From Octopus vulgaris (lineage: Eukaryota), in contig OX597827.1 of the NCBI GenBank assembly GCA_951406725.2, positions 33,728,001 through 33,792,000 on the forward strand: DNA of 64,000 nt. The letters are read 5' to 3'. A program made the position numbers and the translations under genes. Positions within the stretch are counted from its first letter, which is position 1; each line of letters opens with the position of its first letter. Shown here one piece after another: positions 12,064 through 24,819 of the stretch. Under the pieces are notes generated by a model that was not told where the DNA came from, made no database searches, and worked only from the letters and a program-made list of their open reading frames with translations.

Positions 12064-12292
12064 GTATGTGTGCTTCTGTTTGTCACATGCCACCCATCAC
12101 TTGACAACCAGTGTTGGTGTGTTTACATCCTTGTAACTTAGTGGTTTGGTAAAAGAGGCTGATAGAATAAGTACCAGGCTTAAAAAATAGAAGTACTGGG
12201 GGTCGATTCATTTGAATAAAGACTTCAAAGCAGTGCCCTAGCATGGCTGCAGTCTAATGACTGGAACATGTAAAATACAAATGATAAAAGAT
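11935..12292 (+). mobile_element. SINE family B, 5'-truncated copy
   Basis: CCAAAGCTTTGTGAGTGGATTTGGTAGATGGAAACTGAAAGAAG core, internal (TA)n and GGGGTCGATTC 3' part; also seen at 14258, 19930, 30126, 59215 and 62591. Confidence 0.75.
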
Positions 12293-12300
12293 ATATATAT

Positions 12301-12673
12301 CTATCTAATTTCTCTATCTATCTATCTATATCTTTCGTCTAAAATCAAACTTCGTATCTTCGTTTCTCTATCTGTCTAACTATTTATCAAATTTCTCTAC
12401 CTATCTATCTATCTATCTATCTTTCGTCTAAAATCAAACTTCGTATCTTCGTATCTTCGCGCCATCTTGAAGTATGCCCCTCTAATACACATATGTTCTC
12501 TCTCTCTCTCTCATTCATCTACAAGCTGTAGTCCCGAGAGCAGATAAGTTGAATGCTTAACTTTTACTTCGGCTAACATTTATTTATGTTTCTCTATCTG
12601 TCTAACTATTTATCTAATTTCTCTATCTATCTATCTATATCTTTCATCTAAAATCAAACTTCGTATCTTCGCG
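12301..12673 (+). repeat. Three direct repeats ending ...TCTAAAATCAAACTTCGTATCTTCG
   Basis: Copies end at ~12362, ~12460 and ~12671. Confidence 0.8.
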
Positions 12674-12917
12674 GTGCACCCGCCCTGCCCACCCCCACCA
12701 CCAATACCGGATATCTCTATATTTTGCTCCATCTATACCGGATGTCGCTTCTCCCACCACCATTATAGGTGTCTACTCTTCGAACCCCCTCTTCAATACA
12801 CTATTTCACCATGCATTACCCCTCTCTCGATATCCTACGTTCTACTTGCCTAGAACCTGTCATCATTTCTCTGAACCACCCCTCCCCACTGGTGCCCCCC
12901 TATATTTCTGCACCCCC

Positions 12918-13171
12918 CACACATAAAAAGCACCATCCGAACGTGGCCGATGCCAGACCCCTCTGGCACCTGTGCAGGTGGCACGTAAAAAACACCCACT
13001 ACACTCGCGGAGTGGTTGGCGTTAGGAAGGACATCCAGCTGTAGAAACACTGCCAGACTAGACTGGAGCCTGGGGCAGTCCCGAGCTCCCCAGACCCCGG
13101 TCGAAACCATCCAACCCGTGCTAGCGCGGAAAACGGACGTTAAACGATGATGATGATGATGATGATGATGA
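12918..13171 (+). mobile_element. RTE-tail retroposon copy
   Basis: Family motif, CpG-rich, with (GAT)n tail. Confidence 0.85.
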
Positions 13172-13736
13172 CAAGGGTGCTTTTTCATTCTTGCATTTTG
13201 CCGAGGTAAGACACAATCCCAATTTCACTTAGTTTTTTTTCCCAACCATGCCTGTGAAAATCTAGAGATAATTTTTGTGGATTTCAGAATATTTTGAATC
13301 TTACTTTTAGCAAAGCTGGTGCTTATAACAAGCGCCCTTGTTATATATAATTCTTTTATATATATCTATTAATTTTGCCTATACGGTTTAGCTTGCAGCT
13401 ATTGACATTAATATCTTTAATGAGTATTAATGTTCTGTATGTTTATATATATATACACACAAACATGTACGCATAACATTAGTTTTAGACAGTGCTGCTG
13501 TATGTATATACACTTCTCTTTGATGAATTCTCCAGTGAAGGAAGCCACTATTAAACTCATAACATTTCTTTCTTCAATCAACAGAAAACTGCCAAACTGA
13601 CCAGCATAGCTGAATAATCACAACATAGTTTTAACAGTTGTGAGTTCAAATCCTATTGCAGTAACCTTAGTTCTTTGTTTCCCAAATTGATAAAATAAAC
13701 ATTTATCATTTATTCATTCATGCACACATACACACA

Positions 13737-13918
13737 CTGTACTTGATGGGATGTAAAATACCCTCCCCTCCCATGCCTTAAAAAGTCACTCTAGGCCCTA
13801 TATGCAAAGTTGGATGTACCATAAGCATTAATGCACAAACCTATTTTTACTCCTGAAAGTGCCCAGCTGAAATTGAGATATTTCTAACATGTCCTTGTGT
13901 CTTTTATGCTATCAATTG
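13737..13918. mobile_element. Degenerate pogo/Tigger-like MITE
   Basis: Ends TACTTGATGG... / ...TATGCTATCAA; similar to 22077-22282. Confidence 0.45.
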
Positions 13919-14257
13919 TCTGTATGTAGATGTTTTATTTTAAATGAGAAAATCATACATACATACATGTTGAATTTCAATAAGCCATATATTTGAAATT
14001 ATTCAAGTCTTAAATGTATTATTTTGAGATTCTGCTTGAAGATTTATGCATGGAGGATGATCTAAATGTATGTATATTTCTATTATGAATTTAATACATT
14101 TATATTATTAATACTAATATTAATATTTATATTCATAAAATGTATTTCCCATATTGTCATGAAACATGTGTATCAGCATTAAAATGATACCACATATTCA
14201 AGTCTTTTAATAAATATAGACATATACATACATATATGCCTATACCTATATATATAT

Positions 14258-14606
14258 ACTCTTTACTCTTTTACTTGCTTCTCTCATTTGACTGTGGCCA
14301 TACTGGAGCACTGCCTTTAGTTGAGCAAATCGACTCCAAGACTTATTCTTTGTAAGCCCAGTACTTATTCTATCAGTCTCTTTTGCCGAACTGCTAAGTT
14401 ACAGGGATGTAAACACACCAGCATCAGTTGTCAAGTGATGTTGGAGGGGACAAATACAGACACACAAACATATATACACACACATACATATATATATACA
14501 TATATACGACAGGCGTCTTTCAGTTTCTGTCTACCAAATCACACACAAGGCTTTGGTCGGCCCGAGGCTATAGTAGAAGACACTTGCCCAAGGTGCCACG
14601 CAGTGG
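14258..14606 (-). mobile_element. SINE family B copy
   Basis: Reverse complement of the family B consensus. Confidence 0.75.
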
Positions 14607-15726
14607 CACATATATATACATACATACATTGGAATAAATAGAGAAGAGTAATGAATTCATATTTGGCAAAGACAAGACAAATCTCAAGACTTCATTTTGT
14701 GGTTCTCTGAACATTTAGTGAGTTGGCTCAAAGTCAAAAGAGGCTTCTAAACCAGAATTTACCAATATCAGCACTGCAATATCAACATCAATATCAGTGT
14801 ATCAAAAATAACAACAAAATCCAAGAAAACAACAAAGACCACCAAAACCACTACTACAAACCTGTTACCAATGTTGGCACTGTCACCATAACCATCACAC
14901 ATCATACTGACCACCAACCAAACATTTGTTCACCACAGTTACTGTCACCACCATTATTATTAGTGGCATTTTGCTTGTTTAAAATGTTATTATTATGTAC
15001 AAGTGGTCTGCTAATGACTTTAGCTGTGTTGAAGCAGATCAGTCTGATAAAAAAAAAAATCACTTCACCTCCTGTGAAATCTAACTAATATCCACAAGAT
15101 TATGGATGGGTCTAATGTCCAATGTTAAGTCAGTCCTCTGGACGGGATGATTTTGATATTTAAAGATACATGCATGCATAAATATTTACACAAACATACA
15201 TGCATATAAGCATGTGCATACATATACACACACATATATATATACATGCACATATACATACACACATATATGATGTTAAAATGATAATGAATGATGATGA
15301 TGATGATGATATATATATATATATAAAGATGAGTTGGAAAGTAATGCAATTTTTATTTGCATTACTTTTTGGCTCAAATATATATATATATATATATACA
15401 TGCACACACACATACACACATAAATTATAAAATTTCTTTTCTAGTCTGTATTATCACAATTGATAATAGTTATGTGAAACTCTGAGTGACTTTATGAAGT
15501 TTGGAGTTTAATAAGATAAGACAGTATATATATACAAATCAACCTTGTCCTCCACCAACATTACCATGCAGTCATTGGCATTGACTCTTCTATGCAAGAA
15601 CTGGTCTACAGAGTCATCAATGACATCACCATAAAGGAAGCGTTCAACAAAGAAGAAAATAAATTCTTGGATACTAAAGTTGCCACCGCTGATATGCATA
15701 TGTACTATATATATATATATATATAG

Positions 15727-16384
15727 GTCTCACCGAGGCAATGACTTGTGATCAAGACCTTTGGAAATATGCTGTGCTTGAGAAGACCCGGCAAGCCAAG
15801 GCACGGGAGCTTGGCCTATGCCAGTGGTGTAACCAGCCCACTTAGGTGTACCTTTCTTTCATTGGACACTAAACTCTGCTTGCGAAGACCTCTTGAGCCA
15901 AGTGAAATCGAAATCAAATTCAATGACAGGACCACATGACTGGTATCCGTGCTTAGTGGAGCGCTAAGAGCACCATCTGAGTATGATCGTTGCCAGGGCA
16001 ACTGACTGGCTCCTGTGCCGGTGGCATGTAAAAAGCATCATTCGAGCATGATTGTTACCAGTGTCGCCTTACTAGCACTTGTGCCAGTGGTACGTGAAAA
16101 ACAACATTTGAGCGAGGGTGTTGCCATTGCCGCTGGACTATCCCCTGTGCAGGTGACACATAAAAACACTATTAAAGTGTGGCCGTTGCCAGTACTGCCT
16201 GACTGGCCCGTAGAAGCACCCACTACAATCTTGGAGTGGTTGGTGTTAGGAAGTGCATCCAGCTGTAGAAACTCTGCCATATCAGATTGGAGCCTCTTGC
16301 AGCCATCAAGCTCACCAGTCCCCAGTCAAACTGTCCAACCCATGCCAGCATGGGAAGCAGACGTTAAACGATGATGATGATGAT
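15727..16384 (+). mobile_element. Long RTE-tail retroposon copy
   Basis: Internal GTGCCGGTGGCACGTAAAAAGCA-like repeats and (GAT)n tail; homologous to 45240-45851 and 47731-48332. Confidence 0.8.
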
Positions 16385-16708
16385 ATATATACACATATAT
16401 ATATGTGTGTGTGTGTGTATGTATATATAAAGATATATATATAAATATATATATTATATAACCTGTACACTTCACCTTCAAGAAATATACAGAGAAATGG
16501 TGTTAAAAGCTTGATTTCTCTGCTCTGTAGTATACACATACGCTACAGAGCAAAGAAATTAACTATCAAGACCTTTTCACTGTAAATTTCTTGATGAAAG
16601 AGTTCTAACCTTGAAGTTTTGAAATACTAATCAACCTGTATAATTATTTTTTTTATAACTTGCATTGTTTTGGTATAATGAGTTAAAACATTTATGTATA
16701 TGTATGTA

Positions 16709-16754
<46 letters not shown>

Positions 16755-16899
16755 TACATATATATGTATACATATCATGTATATATCAATAGGCATATCA
16801 CACATATATATATATATACATACACACACATATATATATATATATACATATGTATATATATATGATGATGGACTCCTGTCGAAGATGGTGTATGAGTGT

Positions 16900-17147
16900 A
16901 CAGCTCTTGCCAAATGACCTGCACAAATGATTTGTTTATAGCGATCAAGTGTATGTGCCATTCTTTCACCAAATCAATGTTGCCTGAACAGGTGCACTGT
17001 GTGCCATGTGTCAGGTGTTGAAGTGATTGCAGAGCAACATGAAATGAAGTGTTTTGCTCAAGAACACAATGCACCACCTGGTCTAGGAATTGAAATCACA
17101 ATCTCACGATTGTAACACCATAACCACTAGGCAGTGCATTCTCACGC
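16900..17147 (-). mobile_element. tRNA-derived SINE family C copy
   Basis: tRNA-like head followed by GTGTTCTTGAGCAAAACACTT; homologous to 28535-28798. Confidence 0.6.
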
Positions 17148-17621
17148 ATGCACATACATGAATGCACATAATCGTATCAATCATATATATATATATAAAT
17201 ATGATGATGATATGGGTAAAATAAATGCTACTCCGAGTTATTGCAAGCTCTTCTGAATTCATCACAATATTGGAAACCCTTCTGTATTGTCAGTTGGTGT
17301 CTCAGGGTCACAAGTGTTTCACATCTTAGCCTGTTGACCTCAACTGATTGGGACAGCAAGAACTGAATTAGTCTTCACCAGAATGGTTTCATTTGAGGTC
17401 TCCTGTCAACCGTAGTCATCTTGAGCTGGTTTCAGCAATCATAACTATCTCCTTGGTGGCCAGTTTTCAGTTGTCTGGATTCTAGACCAATCTTCCGCAG
17501 GAAATAGTGGAGCGACCCTGCTGGAAAGTCACACCAGCTGACTTCAATAGGGTATGATCCCGTGTGCCATCTCATGATATTTATTTTCCTTCAGTTGGTG
17601 AGAAATGTGTGCGTGTGCAAA

Positions 17622-17673
<52 letters not shown>

Positions 17674-19929
17674 GTGAAACATTCCATAAATTTTGTTTGA
17701 GTGCTAGATTACTATTGAAGACTTCATCTCTGTGTTCTATGTTGAGGGTAAGCCAGCTTTGTGGGTATGAGAAACGATGTGAAATGGTACAACCTGGAAT
17801 GAAGTCTTCAATTTCCAGGAAGCTTATCACTCTCTAACACTCACGCACACACACACACAGTTTGAAATATAAATATAAATACAATACATACACATATATG
17901 ATATTATATATAATTTATTAGATATTAGAGCTTGTTAAATTATGTACAAATATAATTATTAGAAATAGTGTTTGCAGTCATGTGTTAGGCTGTAGTAAAG
18001 AGGAAAGTGTTTGAGTGTTTCTATAATAAGTGCCTTGTGCCCTATACCAATTATTCATCACCAGTTTCACATAAATCACTGCACCAACAAATTAACAGTC
18101 AATAACAAAAGATTTCTATTCTTTTTTAATATAATTTCCATATTGTTTTGTTTTACTATTTTACACCCATATTTCCATGTAAGCGTGAGAGTAATGAGTT
18201 TTCTTTTGTTCCATTTGTGGGAGCAATTGGTTTTAGACGTGGATGTCTGTTCTACAGCTAACTATATATCTTGGAAGCAAAATTTGACCTGCTGTTAATC
18301 AGGCAAACTTAGGCAAGCAGTATTTTGTGTCTGAACCCTAAGGGCACAACACACTGTGATATAGTAAATAAAGGTTGAACATATGATCAAGTAAATGATG
18401 GAGAACCCCTTCACCTGAATCATAATTTTATTTGCATCCAACTCCAAAACTGCTCACCATTGAAGTCCTCTAAAAACCCAATTACTAAAAATAATGGTTT
18501 AAGCTTTAAGACAAAACAGTAATTTAACACAAGTTGCATAGTAAAAATTCATTATTTTTCACAGCATTGATGCACCACCCACACAGGTTTTTTTTCTTAT
18601 ACCCTTACAATTCACTCATGGTACTAAAAGATCGTCCACACTCCTAAAAAAGTCCAGCACCTTAATCTCATGTCCAATGTACCTTTTGAGGTAAAAAAGA
18701 AAAAAATCTCTATACAAAATCTTGATATCACATTTCTACACTATCTCTGTCACAAAATGAAAACTAAGTTCAGTCAGTACCCCTTTATTAGTAAACACCC
18801 CGCTGTTGTTAGCAATATTTTTATTTCAAAAAATGTTTCCCTACTGGTCTCTTCAGTCAACTTTTCCTGCTCTCCTTCTCTTCCATTATCACATGTGTCT
18901 TTGTTCTACATATAGATCTTGCTCTAGGGACCATACTCATTTGTATTCCACCATTTTACCATGTCTGTATCTGCTTTCCATCATCTATTTCTGTTGCTTT
19001 ATACCCTGTTGTCTATGTCTTACTTTAAGACCAAAGCTGTTTTTTTTAATTAACAGACATTCTAACTGTTGACCCCACTGTAAATTCACATTTTGACTGT
19101 TTGTCATCAGGCCTTTTTCATTTGCTGTTCCCTCTACCAATTGCCTATTTCTCTTTAATGACTAAACAAAATTCTTTAGCCTCTTATCTCCATGTAATAT
19201 ATAACATGCAGTTTTGGGATGGTCAAGACATTGGACTACCAATGTGCAAGGCTATTGTAGACATGTGTCTGAAACAATGACATCTGTGAAAAGTATTTAT
19301 CTGTCAGAACATTAATTCTATATTACATCAGTTCACCTAACCATTCAGAAAAGGTATTAGATCTCCTGTCAACAGGTAATACGTATACCATTAACAGAAA
19401 ACAAATCTACTTTTAATAGGTGACAGATCTATTATTAATAGGTAAAAAATCTCCTGTTTGCAGGAAACTGATCTTGTGAATAGATGGCATTTGTATTTGA
19501 GGTAAGTAAAGAGAGACGAGATTTTTCTCACATCTGTACAATGTTGCAAGCTGTAGAGCTAAATACTGATTTTATAGACTTCCATAGTTCTGACAGACAT
19601 TATTCTTACAATTTTATTATATTATTACACATGTCAAATAACAATCCACAGAGAGAAACCATGTCATTTTCACTAGAATCCATAATTACATTTTTTTAAT
19701 ATAAATTTGACAATTCATTGTAAAGCTTTATTACAAAATACAACTGGTGATTGCATAAATATTATAATTATAATTAACATAATCATTATTTTCATTACCA
19801 TCCTCACAATACCAACACCATTACCACTTTATTTAATTTACATTCAGTTCTCATCACAATTTCGTTGCTTACACTGATACACTTTGATACCATCTTCTAC
19901 ATAGTTTATGTACACGTACATACATATAT

Positions 19930-20090
19930 GGGTGCAGGCATGGCTGTGTGATTAAGACATTTGCTTCATAACCATGTGGTTTTGTGTTTGGATGCATAAG
20001 CCACACTTTGGGTAGCAAGTATCTGTACTAAATCTATGATCAATGGTTTGTGTGTGAAATTTGACGGATGGAAACTGCAGAAACACATTA
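19930..20090 (+). mobile_element. SINE family B, degenerate copy
   Basis: GGTGCAGGCATGGCTGTGTG head and GATGGAAACTG core. Confidence 0.6.
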
Positions 20091-21864
20091 CACACATACA
20101 TCAATAGCACCAACAGCAATGTCTACACACGTATTGAGTCCTACAGTCCTACACTACAATGCCACCATCACCACTGTACATAAAAAGAACACAGCTAAAA
20201 TCTTAAAGGTCAATGTGAATACTAAGAAATGACTGGTCAATTTTCATGGTGACTTCACACTGATAATGTTGTTAACTCAACCTCCCAAACACTAGACTCC
20301 CACTTAAGGGTCAGAAAATACTTCAGACCTTAGTGATCCTTTCTAAAACCCAAAGTGCAACTCAAATTAGAGTTGTTCTCACATATCAAGGATGGTACTG
20401 TTGCCACACATACATACAAACTTCCCAGGCTTCACCCATCTAAGTGATTAGTAAAGTCAAGGTTCTCTCACCAGCACACTGCAACCCCTGGGCCAACAGA
20501 TGTAATCACTTCAACTGAAAACACAATAACCCTGCTCAACTAAATATCTTCATTAACCTACACTCTAGCTCACCCACTGCATTTACCTTTCATCATTCCC
20601 ATGCCTCTTCCACTAAATCCTTCACTCAGTATTTTAACTAACAGAACTATAAACTTATTGAATTATAAAGTGGTTCAGTACTCCACAGGTACATGTACCC
20701 TTAACATATTCTTCAGGTAGAATCAATAGGACAAACTGGGCTTTTGAATTACAAGTACAGTCCATTAGGTAGCCCTCTACAGAGTTTCTGTGAAACTAAT
20801 TCACTCATGAAACTTGGGTCAATCTTACACAATAGTAGAAACTTGCCTAAGGTCTGCACTGTAATTGATTGAAAGATTTTATTACTGCAAAATGGAACTC
20901 CTAAACTATTTAGCTATGTTGTAACCTTATATACACATACATATATATATACACTCACTTACACATTCTTTAGTTTGTTTTTAATCATCACAGCTAAGGC
21001 CATGCTTGAGCATCCCCTTCAATGCATAATTATATCCAAGTAATACATACATGTTTCATATATATATATAAATATAATTTAAATTGCTCCATATAGATTT
21101 AAATGTGTAGCTGCAACATATAATTACATAGTTCTATTGTAAGTATTTTGTGTTTGCCAGCATGGAAGGAGGATATTAAACACTGATGATGATGATTTAG
21201 AAATAACACACACATGAATATATATACATATATATGTGTGTGTACACATACCTCTGTAATTTGGTCCCACCTGGGACACCAAGCCTATAAACTAACTCAA
21301 TATATTCCATCAATCAACACCTTATATGAGAGCTGTAGCAGTCTGTTTGTTAAGACACTGTTATTTAACCATAGGTTAGCTCTGATTAAGCACTTCAGTC
21401 ACAACTGTCCTGTTCTGTAATAGATTGAGAATATCCTTTATTGTCTTTTTAAAATGAGAGAGGACTTGATTTGAGAGAGATTTAACTGCTATTTCTTACA
21501 GATTGAGTGATTGTGTCAAGGCTACCTCATTTCAAATGAATTTTCACTCTTCCATATTCTGTGATGGAGAATAGTCCTGCATTTCTGGTAAGATAGATAA
21601 ACTCTTTAACACAGGTCCTGAGATATTAAAAGTTTGTGAGCCACATCTTACTGCTTAAAGGGTTAAACTGTTCTCAGTATATTTAGATGCAAACAGGTGC
21701 CATTATAATATATCCTGGGAGTAATATCTATTTACACACACACACACATTGTATTTGAAGGCCAATCTCAAAGATACTGAGTTGTATGAAGGAGATTATT
21801 AAGGCCCAAGATATCTGGTGCATTGATGTACTCAAGAAGACCTGTTCACCACAACCAAATTGAT

Positions 21865-22079
21865 ACTGGTGCTGGTGCTACATAAAAAGCACTGGTGCTG
21901 GTACTACATAAAAAGCACCCAGTACACTCTGTGGAGTGGTTGGCATTAGGAAGGACATCCAGCCATAGAAACCATGTCAAAATAGACAATGGAGGATGGT
22001 GTGGCTCCTGGCCTTACCAGCTCCAGTCAAATCATCCAACCCATGCCAGCATGGAAAATGAACATTAAATGACGATGAT
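21865..22079 (+). mobile_element. RTE-tail retroposon copy
   Basis: Family terminal motif. Confidence 0.75.
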
Positions 22080-22282
22080 TTGATGGCATATAAGATACAC
22101 TTATTTTTTTACCAAAAAAAAAAAATGCCTAAAAAGAAAAAAATTTCTCCAAGTCTTATATGTCAAGTTGGGCCCATATTACGTGCTTTAATGCATTAAA
22201 AATTTTATCTCCTGAATATGTGCTGCTGAAATTGGGATGCGTCTAATATGCTTGTGAGTCTTTTATGCCATCAAGTATGGTA
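22077..22282. mobile_element. pogo/Tigger-like MITE
   Basis: TTGATGGCATATAAGA ... TCTTTTATGCCATCAAGTATGGTA inverted termini ending in TA. Confidence 0.6.
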
Positions 22283-22674
22283 TCTCTATCAAACATTTAA
22301 TGTCATGAAGAGTTATGGGTAGAATGCAACACATCTTGATTACAATGATCAAAGACACAGCAGATGTATGTGCAAGGACAAATTAAAATTTGAAAAGCAA
22401 ACATAATTTGAGCCAAATGCTTAGTCATAGCTTCTTCTGTATAGTAGAAGCTATGATTAAGTATTTGGCTTAAATTATGCTTACTTTTCAAATTGTAACC
22501 TCTCCGTGCACCTAGCAAATTAAAGGTTCCCCACTTTGACAGTTTGCACTTAAACTGACACACATATCACTACCTTGATTGTTCTACACCCTAGTAATGT
22601 CTAGGTTAAATCCTTGAATCACAAAAAATGAATGAATGACACATAATATGATTTTCATATATGTATGTATGTAT

Positions 22675-22709
<35 letters not shown>

Positions 22710-23329
22710 ATTATGTTAAGAAACTATACTCTTCATATCAGCCCTTCTGATATGTTGAGTGCCAGGATTGGGTTTCCCTTAACTCTCATGTATGAAACCA
22801 CTTAGAAGTATAATACTGTATTTCACACACACACACACATGCGTGCACACATACATATGGAGAATACATATATATACACATTATTATAACTAAGATCTCA
22901 AAATATGCAACTCTGTATAGATTTCCAACACAGACACACACTTACACATACCAGAAACACTGCATGCCCTACATGCATTATGGACATAGTCTTATGGCAC
23001 AGTCTTAATTTTCTGACTATTATTTTTTAGTAACTTCTTTATAGTAGTCTGCGTGTGTATGTTTGTGTGTGTTTTTGTATGTGTGTGTGCATACACACAT
23101 ATATCAAGGAAATATTAATGCATTACATGGAATATAATACAGCATTGTGTTTGTTATGGAGTATAGAATAGTGATATTGAAGTTAATGACTGGTGTTCAG
23201 TTTAACTTTTTGAAAGGTGATGACAAGTAGATGTGCATGAGTACATGCGCATGTTTGTGTGTGTGTATGTGTATGTATGTGTGTGTGTGTTTGTGTGAGG
23301 AGGAAGAATGTTCCTAAGTGATGTAGAGA

Positions 23330-24320
23330 AAGATTTGGATGAAATGTTTAGTATAAATTAAGGGACAAAGTAGCACACAAAAAAAACCGGACAAGGTTTA
23401 GTTGAGAGTGGCAGGAAAAGGAGAAGGAATTTAAGTGAGGGCTCAGCAAATTTTGGAAGAGAAGTTATTATCGTACTAATGAGTAGGTGGTGAGAATGAC
23501 ACAACTTGATTGGGAGAAATTCTGTGGTTATTGATGTTCTAAATGTATTTAATGTTACTCATTAGAATGCATTTAGGATCTGTACAGCCTTCACAGTTAA
23601 TCAATAAGATTTAGCCTCTAACAATAGAGGCTCAGTCATTGTGATGTAATCTTGGTTGTGTGAATAACGGAGAATTATCATAAGGAAATATGGAAGATTT
23701 TAATGACAATGACAGTTTTAGTAGGTTAGCAGAACAGTTTTGGTAGGGTTTTGTAAAGAATGAAATGGACTTTAATTGTGTTTTATAAGGAGCATGATAG
23801 TTTTGTTTTTTCTCTCTCTTGTAATGGTCACAATGATTATTTAGCTGTATATTGTAATGATTGTGATAGTTATTTAGCTGTAAAGATTGTAATGATTTTT
23901 AAACATTTTAATCTGGTGTTGAGAAAAGTGTCATGGCTCATGAACGGTGGAGGTGGGGAGCAGTTGCTGTTTTTTTTTGTGCTTTACTGTGTGTGTTATG
24001 ATGTGTTGAATGAATTTGGTGGCATCCTACAGTAAAATGTTTTGGCAGTCTTCATTCGTGGAAGATATATTAAGCATGGTGGGATGTGTTGTTGCATGTG
24101 GATACAGACTTGGGTATGAAAAGGAAAGAGGATTGTTATGCAGTGCCATTGGCTTAAGATTGTATATAGTTGGAAGTGACCTCATGAGAGTCATTGATGT
24201 AAAGGAGAAAGAAGACTGAAGAGAACAAAAAAGCCTTGCAGTACACCTTCATTGATAGAGGGAGAAGTGGAAAGAGCTCCAGAAACACATGCTGCAATGG
24301 AGTGACTTGTCAGGATGTAG
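23330..24320 (-). mobile_element. Old CR1/Crack/Jockey-like LINE RT remnant
   Basis: Minus-strand SGALSTSPSINEGVLQG (cf. INSGVPQGS) and INDSHEVTSNYIQS*AN (cf. INDL..TSNPIHSYADD). Confidence 0.55.
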
Positions 24321-24819
24321 AAAATGAAAAGATAAATAAAATAAATAAGTAAATAAAAAAAAAAATAAAATACCACAAATATAAAATGATTAAGATTTTG
24401 TATGTTTCACAGTGACATTTTTCTACAGTGACATTATTTGTACATACCCCTTGCCATGAATACTACAAAGGGTAAGATTGCAAATAGTTCCACTAACATT
24501 GGCAATGCTACAAAGGCATTGGAGTGCAATAATGGTATTTTTATGACAATGTGCAAAGATAGTTAGAACACAGAAGATAGAGATATCCACTAGAATTTTA
24601 GGGGACAATCTCTACATATTCCTTACAGCCATCAGTCCACCTTGTCTAAACTTGCTCGCTTGTTAAAGTTTTTTCTATTATGAAGAAGTATGGTGACTGT
24701 GTATGTGTGTGTGTATGGAGGGGGGTATGGTAGAATGGAATAACAGACCCCTGCAATAGTAGCATGGCAACAAGGAAGGGGCAGGTGGGTTGGGCTAAAA
24801 AGAGGAGGGAGCCTGAAAT

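Noticed and set aside
15455-15495. TTGATAA...GAAACTCTGAGTG as a U3-A8 HHR variant
   Set aside because: No stem II or stem I pairing, and the GUG triplet violates NUH.
19357-19485. Possible CRISPR-like array
   Set aside because: No unique spacers and no cas genes; eukaryotic context.
22745-22810. CTTCTGATAT...GAAACCACTTAGAAG between microsatellites
   Set aside because: Core too decayed to call.
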